Positions 40,894 to 52,092 of a DNA stretch of 64,000 nt are shown here, one piece after another. How positions within the stretch are numbered: position 1 is the stretch's first letter; each line of letters starts with the position of its first letter. The DNA is from an uncultured Bacillota bacterium. Lineage in GTDB: Bacteria > Sysuimicrobiota > Sysuimicrobiia > Sysuimicrobiales > Segetimicrobiaceae. The notes beneath the pieces were generated by a model. That model was not told the origin of the DNA and made no database searches. It saw only the letters and a program-made list of their open reading frames with translations. Location of the stretch: contig CAWDRG010000009.1 of assembly GCA_963804645.1 (NCBI GenBank), positions 416,001-480,000 on the forward strand, read 5' to 3'. A program made the translations under genes and the position numbers.

Positions 40894-42000
40894 TTACCGC
40901 AGCTGGCCGCGCCCCAGGAGCGGCCAGACCACCTCGACGCGGCCGTCCCGGATCCCGTACACCTCGTCGTGCAGGTGCACGGTCGTGTCCGAGTACCCCA
41001 CCACAAACTCGACTTTGTCGCCCACCCGAATCGAGGTGTCGGGCTCGCTCAGCTCGAGCTTCGCGTGCTCGGCCGACAGCCCCACCCGCGTGACGTGCGG
41101 CACGCCGATCGGTTCGGGGACGGCCGCGTCGCTGCTCATGGTTTTCTTGCCGGCGTCGCAGATGATGCGCGTCGGCGTCGGGCGGCTCGTCACGGTGGCC
41201 AGCACGGTGAGCGCGTATTCATGGTCCACGCCCATCCGCGTCCGGTAGAGCACGTCTCCGAGGATCCCGCCGCCGGCCTGAATCTCGGTGACGCCCGGCA
41301 CCTCCGCGGTGATCGCGTACGTGCCGGTGCCTCCGCAGCTGACGATCTCGATCGGCAGGTCCGCGTCCCGGCAGCGCCGGGCCGAGTCCACGAGGAGACC
41401 GACCGCCTCGTGGATCGTCCGCCGCTTCTCGTCGGGGTCGGCGATCGCGACCGCGTGCGCCTCCCACGCCATCACCCCGGCGAGGCGCAGCCCCTCGCAC
41501 TGATGCACGAGGCCGGCGAGGCGGACGGTCGCGTCGCCCGGCTCCACGCCCGCGCGGTTCATGCCGACGTTGACCTCGACCAGGACGCGAAGGCGGACGC
41601 CCTTCGCGCGCGCCGCGGCGTCGAGCGCGCGGACGTTCTGCTCGCTGTCCACCGCGACGATGATGTCGGCGTGCGGCAGCAGGTTCACGAGCCGCGCGAT
41701 CTTTTGGTCTCCGACGATCTGGTTGGCGATGAGGATGTCGCGGATGCCGCCCGCGGCCATGACCTCGGCCTCCCCGAGCTTCGCACAGGTGACGCCGTGG
41801 GCGCCGGCCCGCAGCAGGATGTGGGCGAGCGCGGGGGTCTTGAGCGCTTTGGTGTGCGGCCGCCAGCCGACCCCGGCCCGGCGGAACGTCCCGGCCATGC
41901 GTGCGATGTTGCGATCCATCGTGGGGAGATCGAGCAGCAGCGCCGGCGTGTCGAGCTCCCGCTTCGGCCGTCCCACGGCCCAGGTCTGCATCGGGGACAT
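40894..42000 (-). CDS. DSD1-family PLP enzyme (D-threonine aldolase / D-serine dehydratase, alanine-racemase fold)
   Basis: LDTPALLLD, RPHTKALK, CAKLGEAE, GMNRAGV, SCGGTGT, DAGKK, SAEH. Confidence 0.88.
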   Translation of the reverse strand: MSPMQTWAVGRPKRELDTPALLLDLPTMDRNIARMAGTFRRAGVGWRPHTKALKTPALAHILLRAGAHGVTCAKLGEAEVMAAGGIRDILIANQIVGDQKIARLVNLLPHADIIVAVDSEQNVRALDAAARAKGVRLRVLVEVNVGMNRAGVEPGDATVRLAGLVHQCEGLRLAGVMAWEAHAVAIADPDEKRRTIHEAVGLLVDSARRCRDADLPIEIVSCGGTGTYAITAEVPGVTEIQAGGGILGDVLYRTRMGVDHEYALTVLATVTSRPTPTRIICDAGKKTMSSDAAVPEPIGVPHVTRVGLSAEHAKLELSEPDTSIRVGDKVEFVVGYSDTTVHLHDEVYGIRDGRVEVVWPLLGRGQLR

Positions 42001-42001
42001 T

Positions 42002-43312
42002 TCAGCGCGCCGCCTCCTGGGACGCCGGCTCGGCGCGCCCGGGGTGGCGGTACCGGAATCGGTCCATCTTGATCAGCTGACGGTAGCTGCCGAACCGGGC
42101 CGCATCGTCCGCGGCAAGGTCGAGGGCGTCCGGCGCCTCGTCGTCCGACGCCCCGAACAGCCGCCGGATCTTGTACGTCGTGGACCGCTCGGCCGGCACG
42201 CGCCCGACGCCGCGGATCAGGCGCCGCAATTCGCGCGGCGGCACCAGCTGCCCGTACGCGGCGCCGGCCGACGTCGAGATGCTCTCATTGATCAGGGTGC
42301 CCCCGAGGTCGTTCGCGCCCGCGCCGAGCAGCAGCTGCGCGACGCGCGGCCCCTCCTTGACCCAGGACACCTGGAGGTTCGGGATCGCGCGGCCGAGCAC
42401 GATCCTCGAGACGGCATGGACGCGCACCACCTCGATGCCGGTCGGGCCCGGCCGGAGGCCGGCGACGGTCCCCCGCTTCCACATCGGCGCCTCGGTATGC
42501 ACAAAGCTGAGCGGCACGAACTCGGTGAAGCCGCCGGAGCTCCGCTGCAGGTCGCGCAGCAGGACGAGATGCCGTGCCTGGTGCCCGGGCGTCTCGGCGT
42601 GGCCGAACATCATCGTCGCGGTCGTCGGGATCCCGAGCTCGTGGGCGGTCCGGATCACCTCGATCCACTGCGCCGTCCGGATGCGGCCCGGGGCGATGCG
42701 GCGCCTGAGCTCGTCGTCCAAGATTTCGGCCGCGGTGCCCGGCAGGCTGCCGACGCCCGCATCGCGCAGCGCGACCAGGTAGTCGCGGATCGTCCACCCG
42801 GACCGGACCGAGCCGTACAGCACCTCCTCGGGGGAGAACCCGTGGATGTGGATGTCCGGGAGGAGCTCCTTGATCCGCCGCGTCAGCCGGATGTAGAGGT
42901 CGCCCTCCATCTTGGGGGCCAGCCCGGCCTGGACGCACACCTCGGTCGCGCCGAGGTCCCACGCCTCCTGCGCGCGCCGCAGCACCTCCTCCTCGGGGAG
43001 AAAATAGCCCTCCTCCTCGCGGAAGTCGCGGCTGAACGCGCAGAAGCCGCACCCTTTGATGCAGACGTTCGTGAAGTTGATGTTGCGGTTGACGACGTAG
43101 GTGACGGTGTCCCCCACCGTGTGCCGGCGCAGATGGTCGGCCGCCGCGAGCGTCGCGTTGAAGTCGGCGCCCGTGACGCCGAGCAGGCGTTCCGCGTCCT
43201 CCGCACTGACGTCCTCGCCGGACAGCGCCCGGTCGAGGATGCGCGCGACATCGGGAGCCACCTCGGTGAAGAGCCGGGCGAGCGGTGGTGTCGGGTCAGA
43301 CGGCAACGCCAT
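42002..43312 (-). CDS. cofH: FO synthase subunit CofH (radical SAM)
   Basis: TYVVNRNINFTNVCIKGCGFCAFS, PGTAAEILDD, GFTEFVPLSF, QVSWVK.G, GANDLGGTLINESIS. Confidence 0.93.
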   Translation of the reverse strand: MALPSDPTPPLARLFTEVAPDVARILDRALSGEDVSAEDAERLLGVTGADFNATLAAADHLRRHTVGDTVTYVVNRNINFTNVCIKGCGFCAFSRDFREEEGYFLPEEEVLRRAQEAWDLGATEVCVQAGLAPKMEGDLYIRLTRRIKELLPDIHIHGFSPEEVLYGSVRSGWTIRDYLVALRDAGVGSLPGTAAEILDDELRRRIAPGRIRTAQWIEVIRTAHELGIPTTATMMFGHAETPGHQARHLVLLRDLQRSSGGFTEFVPLSFVHTEAPMWKRGTVAGLRPGPTGIEVVRVHAVSRIVLGRAIPNLQVSWVKEGPRVAQLLLGAGANDLGGTLINESISTSAGAAYGQLVPPRELRRLIRGVGRVPAERSTTYKIRRLFGASDDEAPDALDLAADDAARFGSYRQLIKMDRFRYRHPGRAEPASQEAAR

Positions 43313-44543
43313 GGCGGGAGCCTCCTCTCGCAAATCCGTCCTCGCCGGCCGCCGCGCGCAGGCGGTCGCGCAGGGCGTCGGGCACGAATGCCGGACGGTG
43401 GAGCACATACTCAGGGTAGACCGGAAGCCGCGGCCTGAGGCGGAGCCCGGCGGCCTCGGTGCGCGCCGCGAGCGCCGCGATCTCCGGCCACGGAGCCTCG
43501 GGATTCACGAAGTCGATCGTGAGCGGCGACACCCCGCCCCAGTCGTTGATGCCCGCGTCCAGGTACCGGTGGTACTCGTCGGCCGTCAGGTTGGGCGGGA
43601 CCTGGATGTTCATGTCGGGGCCGAGCAGGAGCCGCGCCGCGGCGGCGGTGCGGACGACCTCCTCCACGTCGGGCTCCGGCGCGCCCGCCATCGCGGTGCG
43701 CGGCTTGGCGCGGAAGTTTTGCACGATCACTTCCTGCACCTGTCCCCAGCGCGCGTGCGACTCGCGGATCGCGATCAGCGTGTCCGCCCGCTCCTCGCGG
43801 GTCTCGCCGATCCCGAGCAGCAGGCCGGTGGTGAACGCGACGCGCAGCCGGCCGGCGTTCTCGAGGGTGTGCAGGCGGGCCCGCGGGTGCTTGCTCGGGG
43901 CGTGCTCGTGCGGCCCGCCGGGCGCCATGAGGCGCTCGCTCGTATTCTCGAGCATCAGGCCCATCGACGCGCTGACGTCGCGGAGCGACGCCATCTCCGG
44001 CTCCGACAGGGTGCCGGGGTTGATGTGCGGCCACAGCGTCGTCTCGGCGAGGACGAGCGAGGCCATCTCCCGCAGGTAGGCCAGCGTGCTGCGGTACCCC
44101 CGCCGCTCGAGCCACGCGCGCGCCTCCGGGAACCGCTGCTCCGGCCGCTCGCCGAGCGTGAACAGCGCTTCGGTGCACCCCAGGCGCTGACCGCCGCGCG
44201 CGACCTCGAGGACCTGCTCGGGCGTCATGTACAGGTTCGGGTCGGACGCGGGGGTCGTGCGGAACGTGCAGTAGCCGCAGGCGTCCCGGCACAACCGCGT
44301 CAGGGGGATGAATACCTTGGGCGAGAAGCTGATGGTCGTGCCCTTCCCGCGCGCCCTGATCTGACGCGCGGCCGCGCAGACGGCGGGCAGATCGCCGGGC
44401 GCGCACGCGATCACGCGCGCGACGTCGTCGCGGTCGAGGTCGCCGCCACCGTGCGCGCGTTCGAGAATCGCCGAGATCTCCGGCGAAGGCGCGCCAGGGG
44501 ATGGGTCGCCGATGGGTCGAGACGGATTCGCCGCGCGGGACAT
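43296..44543 (-). CDS. cofG: FO synthase subunit CofG (radical SAM)
   Basis: SFSPKVFIPLTRLCRDACGYC, GCTEALFTLGERPE, SMGLMLE, QEVIVQNF, QVPPNL, AGINDWGGVSP. Confidence 0.93.
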   Translation of the reverse strand: MSRAANPSRPIGDPSPGAPSPEISAILERAHGGGDLDRDDVARVIACAPGDLPAVCAAARQIRARGKGTTISFSPKVFIPLTRLCRDACGYCTFRTTPASDPNLYMTPEQVLEVARGGQRLGCTEALFTLGERPEQRFPEARAWLERRGYRSTLAYLREMASLVLAETTLWPHINPGTLSEPEMASLRDVSASMGLMLENTSERLMAPGGPHEHAPSKHPRARLHTLENAGRLRVAFTTGLLLGIGETREERADTLIAIRESHARWGQVQEVIVQNFRAKPRTAMAGAPEPDVEEVVRTAAAARLLLGPDMNIQVPPNLTADEYHRYLDAGINDWGGVSPLTIDFVNPEAPWPEIAALAARTEAAGLRLRPRLPVYPEYVLHRPAFVPDALRDRLRAAAGEDGFARGGSRHGVAV

Positions 44544-44711
44544 GCGGAGTGGTTCGCGGTCGGGCGGGGCGCTCCCTATCGCGTCCGACGTCGGTGCGCC
44601 AGACGCCTCGCGGGGCGGGCGGCGCCAGGGAAGTGGCAGCCGCCGTCGAAACCACCGTGAGACACGGCGGTGCGCGTGATGCTGCGGCTCGTCCCCCTCG
44701 GGAGCGTACGC

Positions 44712-45590
44712 ATGGTGCTGAACCCAGCCTTTGAATTGGATCACGTGATCGTGTTCGTCGATGATCTGCCCGGTACCGAGCAGGCAGTGACCGACCGCCT
44801 CGGACTCCAGATCACCTCGCACGCGGACCATCCGGGGTTCGGGACGCGAAACGCAGCGGTCGCGTTTCAGCAGGGATTTTTCGAGCTTCTCACCGAGCAC
44901 GTTCCGGCGGATCTGCGATCCAGCCGGTACGGACGTTTGTTTCTCGAGCGCCACGAGCGCCGGGGCAACAGCCCCGCCGTGTTCGTGTTCCAGACGCAGT
45001 GGTTTGACGACGTGATCGCCGACATCCGAGCGCGGGGCGGGCACTGCGACTTCCAAATCGGATACAGCCGCGGCGTGGACGGGATCGCGCACGAGTGGAA
45101 GGCCGCGCTGATGCCCGGGACCGAGCCGGTGTATCTCGACCCTCGCCTGCCGGTGCTGGGACGGGCCGGACCCGGCCGCCCAAGACGCCCGGGGTGCACC
45201 CGCTCGGCGTGCGGCGCATCGAGTCGATCGTGATTGCCGCGCACGATCTCGACGCCACGGTCGGAGCTCTATCGTGTGCAGCTCGGCCTGACTCCCACGG
45301 CGGTCGGGGCGCGCGCGGGCGTCCGGACGGCACGGTTCCGGCTGGAACGGACCGGACAGCACGTGATCGTGGCCGCCCCCGAGACCGCGGAGGGGGACGT
45401 CGCCGCCCAGCTCGCCCGGCGCGGTGAGGGCATTTTTGCCGTCGGGCTGAGCGTGGACGACCTCGAGACCGCCCGCCGGGATTTGGAGCGGCGCGGCGCC
45501 GGCCCGCGGGACGTGGCGTGGCTGCAGGGGCTGCCGATGACGGGTCCGGACGTGGCGGCCAACATGCGATTGGTCCTGTCGCAAGCGTGA
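44712..45590 (+). CDS. two-domain VOC/glyoxalase-family protein, two apparent frameshifts (near 45170 and 45265)
   Basis: LDHVIV, H.GFGTRN...FELL, HPLGVRRI, RRGEGIFAVGL spread over three frames. Confidence 0.7.
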
Positions 45591-45639
45591 GGCGGCCGGC
45601 GGCTCCCCCGTCTGGTGCGCTGAGGGCGCGCGCGCGGGC

Positions 45640-46556
45640 ATGACGCAGTTTCTCGTCCGCCGGAGCGGGCAAGGGCTCCGTGGTGCTGCTGCTGGCGCTG
45701 ACGGCGGTGTTTTTTCTTGTGCGCCTCAGCGGCGACCCGACGCTGCTCTACGTGCCCGAAGACTCTACGCAGCAGGAGATCGCCCAGCTGCGCCACGCGT
45801 TTGGATTCGATCAGCCGCCCTGGCAGCAGTACGCGCGGTTCGTGGCGGGCGCCGTCCGGGGGAACTTCGGAAACTCGATCCGGTATGACCGGCCGGCGCT
45901 GTCGATGGTGTTCGAGCGGCTGCCTCAGACCGCCGAGCTCGCGGCAGTGACGCTCGCGATCATCATCGTCGCGGCGATGCCGCTCGGCGTGCTGGCGGCG
46001 GTGCGGCGCAATTCGTGGTGGGACACCGGCTCGATGCTGGTGGCGATGGTGGGCCAGTCGATGCCGAGCTACTGGCTCGGGATCATGCTGATTCTGCTCT
46101 TTGCCGTGCGGCTCGGATGGCTGCCCGCGGCGGGACGGACCGGACCTGTCGAGCGTCATCCTGCCGGCGGTGACGCTGTCCACGTACTCGGCCGCCCGGC
46201 TGGCGCGCGTGGTGCGCTCGGAGATGCTCGATGTGCTGGGGAGTGAGTTCGTCCGGACCGCTCAGGCTAAGGGGCTGTCGACGGATGGCCGTCCTAGGGA
46301 AGATGCGATGCGCAACGCCTCATTCCGGTCGTCACCCTGCTCGGCCTGGAGACCGGATTTCTGCTGGGCGGCGCCATCATCGTGGAGACAGTGTTCGCGT
46401 GGCCCGGCATCGGCAACCTCGTCATTCAAGCGGTGAACAATCGGGACTACCGGTCGTGCAGGCCGACGCGTTTCTGATGGCGGGCATCTTTGTGCTCGCG
46501 AACCTCGCCATCGATCTCCTGTACGGCGTGCTGGATCCCGAGTGCGATACGAGTGA
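45640..46556 (+). CDS. peptide/nickel ABC permease (DppB-like), multiple frameshifts
   Basis: RLSGDP, GFDQP..QY, G.SIRY, ERLPQT.EL, ILPAVTL, RSEML, LLGGAIIVETVFAWPGIG, DLLYGVLDP in shifting frames. Confidence 0.8.
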
Positions 46557-47422
46557 TCGCGGGCGGCGTCCGCGAGCTGCGCTGCGTCGGACGTCCCGGT
46601 GTGGTCGTCGCGTGGGTGATCCTCGCGGTCATCGTCGTGGTCGCCGTCATGCCCGGCGCGGTAGCCCCGCACGATCCGTACGACAGAACCTCGCGCGCAG
46701 GCTCAGTCCGCCCGTCTGGCTGCCGGGCGGTCAGTGGGATCATCTCTTGGGGACGGATGCGGTGGGCGGGATGTGCTCAGCCGCATCATCTTCGGCGCGC
46801 GCGTGTCGCTCGTCATCGGTGTGCTGGCGGTTGTGGTGTCCGGCGCGCTTGGCGTGGCGCGGGCGTCGTCGCCGGATATTTTCGTGGACCGACTGACGAC
46901 GTGATCATGCGCATCGCCGACGTGCAGCTGTCGTTTCCGTTTATTCTCGCGGCGGTGGCGATCGTGTCGGTGCTCGGCGCGAGCCTGCAGAACATCATCC
47001 TCGTGCTTGGCGTGACGGGCTGGACGACGTACGCGCGGGTCGTGCGGAGCATGACGCTGACGCTGCGGCAGCGCGAGTTTATCGAGGCGGCCCGCGCCGT
47101 CGGGTGCTCGCATCTCCGGATCATGGCGCGCTACGTGGTGCCGAATCTGTTGGGCACCACGATCGTCCTCGCGACATTTGCCCTGGCCACGTTTATCATC
47201 GCTGAATCGGCCCTGAGCTACCTCGGACTCGGCGTGCAGCCGCCGACTCCCACGTGGGGCGGCATGCTGGCAGAAGGCTATCTCTACCTGCGGACCGCGT
47301 GGTGGATCACGACGTTTCCCGGGGCCGTGCTCATGGTCACGGTCCTCGCGATCAACGTCATCGGCGATTGGGCTCGAGATGTGCTGGACCCGCGTCTTCG
47401 CAATGTGATCTATGTGATCTAA
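46553..47422 (+). CDS. peptide/nickel ABC permease (DppC-like), internal frameshifts
   Basis: APHDP, HLLGTD, D..IMRIADVQLSFP, REFIEAARAVG, ESALSYLGLG, WGGML, DVLDPR. Confidence 0.82.
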   Translation: MIAGGVRELRCVGRPGVVVAWVILAVIVVVAVMPGAVAPHDPYDRTSRAGSVRPSGCRAVSGIISWGRMRWAGCAQPHHLRRARVARHRCAGGCGVRRAWRGAGVVAGYFRGPTDDVIMRIADVQLSFPFILAAVAIVSVLGASLQNIILVLGVTGWTTYARVVRSMTLTLRQREFIEAARAVGCSHLRIMARYVVPNLLGTTIVLATFALATFIIAESALSYLGLGVQPPTPTWGGMLAEGYLYLRTAWWITTFPGAVLMVTVLAINVIGDWARDVLDPRLRNVIYVI

Positions 47423-47464
47423 TGGAGCACAGTGGCAGGCGCACAACTGATCGGGGGTGGTGGA

Positions 47465-49035
47465 ATGAACAGGCGCAGACGTTCTGGATGGCGCTGTCGT
47501 GCTCGTGATGGTGCTGGGGATTGTGATCGGCTCGATGAGTGCTCGGCGTCAGGCCGGGCACGGCGCAGACGGGCGCCACGGTGACGATCGCGCTGCCGGC
47601 CGACGCGACGACGATGGATCCGCAGAAGAACGCGGTGGCGTTTACCGACGACGTCCTGGTGAACGTGTTCGAGCCGCTGATTCGGCAGAGATCCGTACCA
47701 GACGGATCCGGCGAAAGCGCTGCAGCCGTGGCTGGCGCTCTCGTGGCGCGAGTACGGCCCCGACAAGTGGCAGGTCAAGCTGCGGCCGGGCGTCAAGTTT
47801 CAGGACGGAGAAGAGCTGACCGCCGCGGTCGTGAAGTTCAGCTTCGAGCGCGTGATCAACCCGGCGACGAAGTCGCCCGGCTGCGAGCCTGTTCGGCACG
47901 CTGAGCCACGTCGACATCGTCGATAAGTACACGTGAACTTCGTGACGAAGGCGCCTGACCCGATCTGGCCCGTCGCGATTGGCCGGCGATTTGAACTTCG
48001 TCGTCCCGATGACGTACATCCAGCAGAAGGGCGACGCGTACTTCGCGCAGCACCCGATCGGCACAGGTCCCTACCGGTTCGTCTCGTGGCAGCAGGGCGA
48101 GCAGGTGGTGCTTGAGGCCAACCCGGACTACTGGGGCGGCGCGCCCAAGCAGATCCGCCGGCTCGTGTTCAAGCCGATTCCGGATGCCGCGACCCGGGTC
48201 GCCGCGCTCGAATCCGGCGCTGCCGACATCATCAACGGCGTGCCGGTCGCGCTGCTGACGACGGTGCAGCAGGACCCGCGGGTGTATCTCACGTCGTCCC
48301 CGGGATCACGACGGGCTCTACTACATCGGCGCAGACATGCGCTTCGGCGGTCCGCTCGCTAACAAGCAGGTCCGGCAGGCGATGAACTACGCGGTGAACG
48401 TCGACAGCATCATCAAGAACGTGATGGAGGGCCAAGCCATTCGTGTGCCGACCCTCGTCGGGTCCGTACACGTGGGGGTACGCGCCGCTCACGCCTTATC
48501 CGTACGACCCGGACAAGGCGAAGCAGCTGCTCGACGCAGGCCGGCTACCCGAACGGATTTGACGTGCCGTTCAACACGAGCCCGACGCGGTGGTCCGAGG
48601 GGCCGGAGATCGTGCAGGCGATCGCCTCCGACCTCGGAAAGGTCGGGAATTCGCGCGAAGCTGCAGAACCAGGAGTGGGCGACCACGTCGACATGCTGTG
48701 GAGCGCTAAGCCGCACGACCTCTACATTCGCACCTGGTCGACGGCCGACAAGCTCGATGCCGATACGCCGCTGTTTCTCATCCTGCGCTCAGGCGTCGCG
48801 AGCTCGACCTACGTCAATCCGGCGGTCGACAAACTGCTTGACGCCGAGCGCGACGAACTGCGTCCGCGGCACGGCAGGCCCTGTTCACCCAGATTCAGCA
48901 GGCGGTCCTGGACGATCCGATGGGCATCTACCTGTTTGCCGGCAACGCGAACTACGGGGTGAGCAAGCGGCTCCAATGGAAGGCGCCGCACGACTACCGG
49001 ATGTGGCTCACGGACCTCAAGCTGACGAACCGTGA
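47465..49035 (+). CDS. family-5 ABC substrate-binding protein, multiple frameshifts
   Basis: TMDPQ, NVFEPL, HPIGTGPYRF, ANPDYWG, PDAATRVAALESG, VRQAMNYAV fragments. Confidence 0.75.
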
Positions 49036-51450
49036 CCGCGGCGCGCGGCGGGACGGCGATCCCGCCGTCCGGAGCGCCGATGCGCGTCGCGGTAGAGGCC
49101 ACCCAGGCGCCGGTCCCCGCTCTCTTGGTCGACGAGTCGCTCGACGCGCGCCTGCGGCGGCTGGCGCATCGCCGCGCGTGCGCCTCGAGCGCATCGGCTC
49201 GTCGAACGAGGGACGGCCGATCTGGAGCATCGTGATCGGCGCGCCGGACACGCTCGACCGGCGTCCGTATCACGAGGACCTGAACCGTCGCTCGAGCGGG
49301 CCGCGCTTTCACTTTCGAACGCTTGACGACGTCGCCGTGGAGCACGAAGACCGCGGCGGCTGTCCTCGCGAGGGCAAGATATGCGCGATGCTCGTCGGGG
49401 CGTCTTCGGCTTCGAGGCCGCGCACGTCGAAGCCCACGTCGCTCTCGCCGAGCAGCTGGCCGCGTCGATAGATCCGCAGATCGCGCGGATCCTCGACCGG
49501 CTGCTCGTGGTCATCGTGCCGCTCATGAACCCCGACGGGCGTGCCGCGGCGATTCGCCAGTGGCAAGAGGCACCGCTCTGCGCCGGACATCAGGGCAGCG
49601 GCAACGCGTACGGGATCCTTCTGAACCGCGACTTTTTCAATCTCTCACAGCCGGAGACCCGCGCGGTGCGGGCGGCGATCACGCGGTACCATCCGGTCGC
49701 CGCTACGATCCGCACGAAGACATGTACCATCTGAGCGATACGCTCCCGCAGGTGCTGCTGGACGCCGCCGTTTGCGAAGCCGTATCATCCCGATCTAGCA
49801 TCCCCGCACGCTGGAGGGCATCGGGTCGCTCGGCGGGCGCGATCGCCGCCGAGTGGGGCCGCCGCGGGTTTGATTTCCTGTATCACCCGGCGGGAGAGCA
49901 CGAATTCCTCACGCTGTTTCGGCTCGGGGGGCAGATTTCATCTGCACCTGTGCCTCCAGGGCGTCACCGCGCTGATCACGGAGAGCGCCCGCAGGCCGGG
50001 CTCGCAGCCGTGGCAGGATCGCGTCGATCAAAAGGTCACCGCCGGGCTCGCCTTCCTCGACGAGCTCGCGTCCCATGTCGAGACGTACGTCGACGCGCGG
50101 TACGTGGTGCGCAGCGATGTCGGGGCGGCCGGACGCGTTCATCCTTCCCTGCCGGCGCAACGCCCCGGGCGTGATCGACGCCGTCATCGGGCCGCTGCTG
50201 CAGCACGGCGTGCTTGTCTTCACCGCGCGGACGCCCGAGCCGGCGTACGTGATTCCCACGCATCAGCCTGACGGCCGCCTGGTCCGCGCGCTGCTCGCGA
50301 TCGCCCCTGGAACCACATCGCCTTTCCGCCGCTCGCGGGGGCCGCGTGCCTGCGTCTCGGGGCCCTGCCGGAGCGCGACGGCGCCGCGTGGATGCACGCG
50401 CCGCTCGACCCGGTCAGCCGAGCCTGCCGAACCCCGCGTACCGCCGGAGGCCGGCGGGCCGGCGCCCCACCGCGGTCGTGCTGCGCAACGACGTCGAAGG
50501 CATCGCCGCGGTGAACCGCCTGATCGACCACGGCGTCGAAGTGCTCCGCGGACCGTCTGGGGCGTTCGCGGTGCTCGAGGGACCCCGCGCCGAGTTGGAG
50601 GCGCTCGCCGCGAGCGCCTCGTGCGCAGACACCCTGACGAGCGCGCCCGAGTTCCAGCGGCGCGTGCGGCGGCCTCGCATCGCCGTCTACGGCGGCCAGG
50701 GGGTGGATCAGCGCCATCACGTGCTCGAAGGCAGCGTGCGGTACGCGCTGGACCGGATGGGGTTTCCGTACATCTCCATCGCGGCCGGCGATGTGCGGGA
50801 TGGGATCCTCAACGGCGTTCAACTCCTGATCGTTCCGGGCGGGTGGGCGCGCGAGATCGTCGACGGTTGGGAGGATCCTCCGCTGCCGTGGCAGCCTCCC
50901 GGACCGCGCGACGGCCTCGGCCCGGGCGGCGTGAGCGAGATCCGGAAGTTCGTCGACGGCGGCGGGCGCTATCTCGGCATCGGCTCCGGCGGGGGCCTTC
51001 TCGCGTCGCACGCATACGCGGGACTGGTCGACGCCGACGTGGTCGACGAGCTGCTCGGCGAGGCCCGGACGATGATCCAAACGGTCGGGAGCCACCCCCT
51101 GGTCGACGGTTTGCCGCCGTACGTCGACGAAGCGGGACGCAGTGTGCCCGGATGGCTGGCCGTCCCCTACTTTTCCGAAGTCTTCTCCGCCGTGCACGGC
51201 GGACCGATCTTCAAGGCCGGACCCGCCGCCCGCGTGCTCGCGGAGTACGTGGGTGTCGACGATCCGGCGGCCGTGCGGGACCCTGAGCGGTTTGAGGCCG
51301 CGGCGCACACGCCGGCGATCCTGTACCAGCCGGTTGGACGCGGGTGGGCCGCCATCATCGCCTTCGAGCCCGGTCTGCGGGGCGTTGGCGCAGCACATGC
51401 CGCTGCTTGCGAACGCCGCGTTCCAGGCTGGCAACCATCGATCCAACGTC
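49032..51450 (+). CDS. M14 zinc-carboxypeptidase-like protein with C-terminal glutamine-amidotransferase-like (BPL_N) domain, multiple frameshifts; 3' end approximate
   Basis: IGSSNEGRPI, VIVPLMNPDG, N.YGILLNRDF, QPETRAV, DPHE; later LLIVPGG...IRKFVDGGGRYLGIGSG. Confidence 0.65.
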
Positions 51451-51469
51451 GAGGGGCGCCTCTCACGCG

Positions 51470-51935
51470 GGAGGGACGCGTCGGTCTCGGTGCGCTCTGC
51501 GCCTATCCGACGGTGGGCGCTCTCACCGAGCGCTTCGGCTCACGCGCCGTCTCGGCGACCGGCGCGTCGGTGGCGCTCCTCGGCACTCTGCCGTTCGCGC
51601 TGTTCGGAGCGCACGGCCTCTCCATTGCCATGGTGTGCGTCTTTCTCTTTGTGCGCGGCGTCGGCATGAGCTCAATCGGGATCCCGTCCGTGACCGCGGC
51701 GTACTCTGGTCTCCCAAATCAACGATCCCCATCGCCACGACGTCCATCAACATCGCGCAGCGCTTCGGTGGGCCCGTCGTCACGATGCTGCTGGCGATCT
51801 TCCCCAGTACCGCATGAAGGCTCATGTGGCCGACACACCGCGGGCGTTCGTTGCCACATTCTGGGTGCTGTGTGCGGTTCACATCGGCGGGATCGTCGCG
51901 GGACTCCGGCTGCCCGGACCACGAGCGGACCTTGA
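51470..51935 (+). pseudogene. C-terminal fragment of a DHA2-type MFS efflux transporter
   Basis: GALTERFGSR, LFVRGVG...TAAY, TSINIAQRFGG; no N-terminal half or start; frameshifted. Confidence 0.6.
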
Positions 51936-52092
51936 GCCCGCGCCATCGCCGGGACCCGTCCACGCACTGGAGGACTAGGGCCGGTGCGCGTGTCGCGGAT
52001 CATCGACTGCTTGGGACGCGGCGTGAGGGTTTTGCGCGCCGCGCGACGAATCGCAGCAGGACATTCGGTGTTCCGGCAGCGATGAGGAGGGT

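Noticed and set aside
42002..43312. MqnC/MqnE futalosine-pathway call for the radical SAM gene
   Set aside because: Adjacent clear cofG and CofH-type motifs (GTAAEILDD, GGTLINESIS) favour FO synthase
50346..51935. Genuine GATase-MFS fusion protein
   Set aside because: Frames are mixed by indels and the MFS part is only a C-terminal fragment
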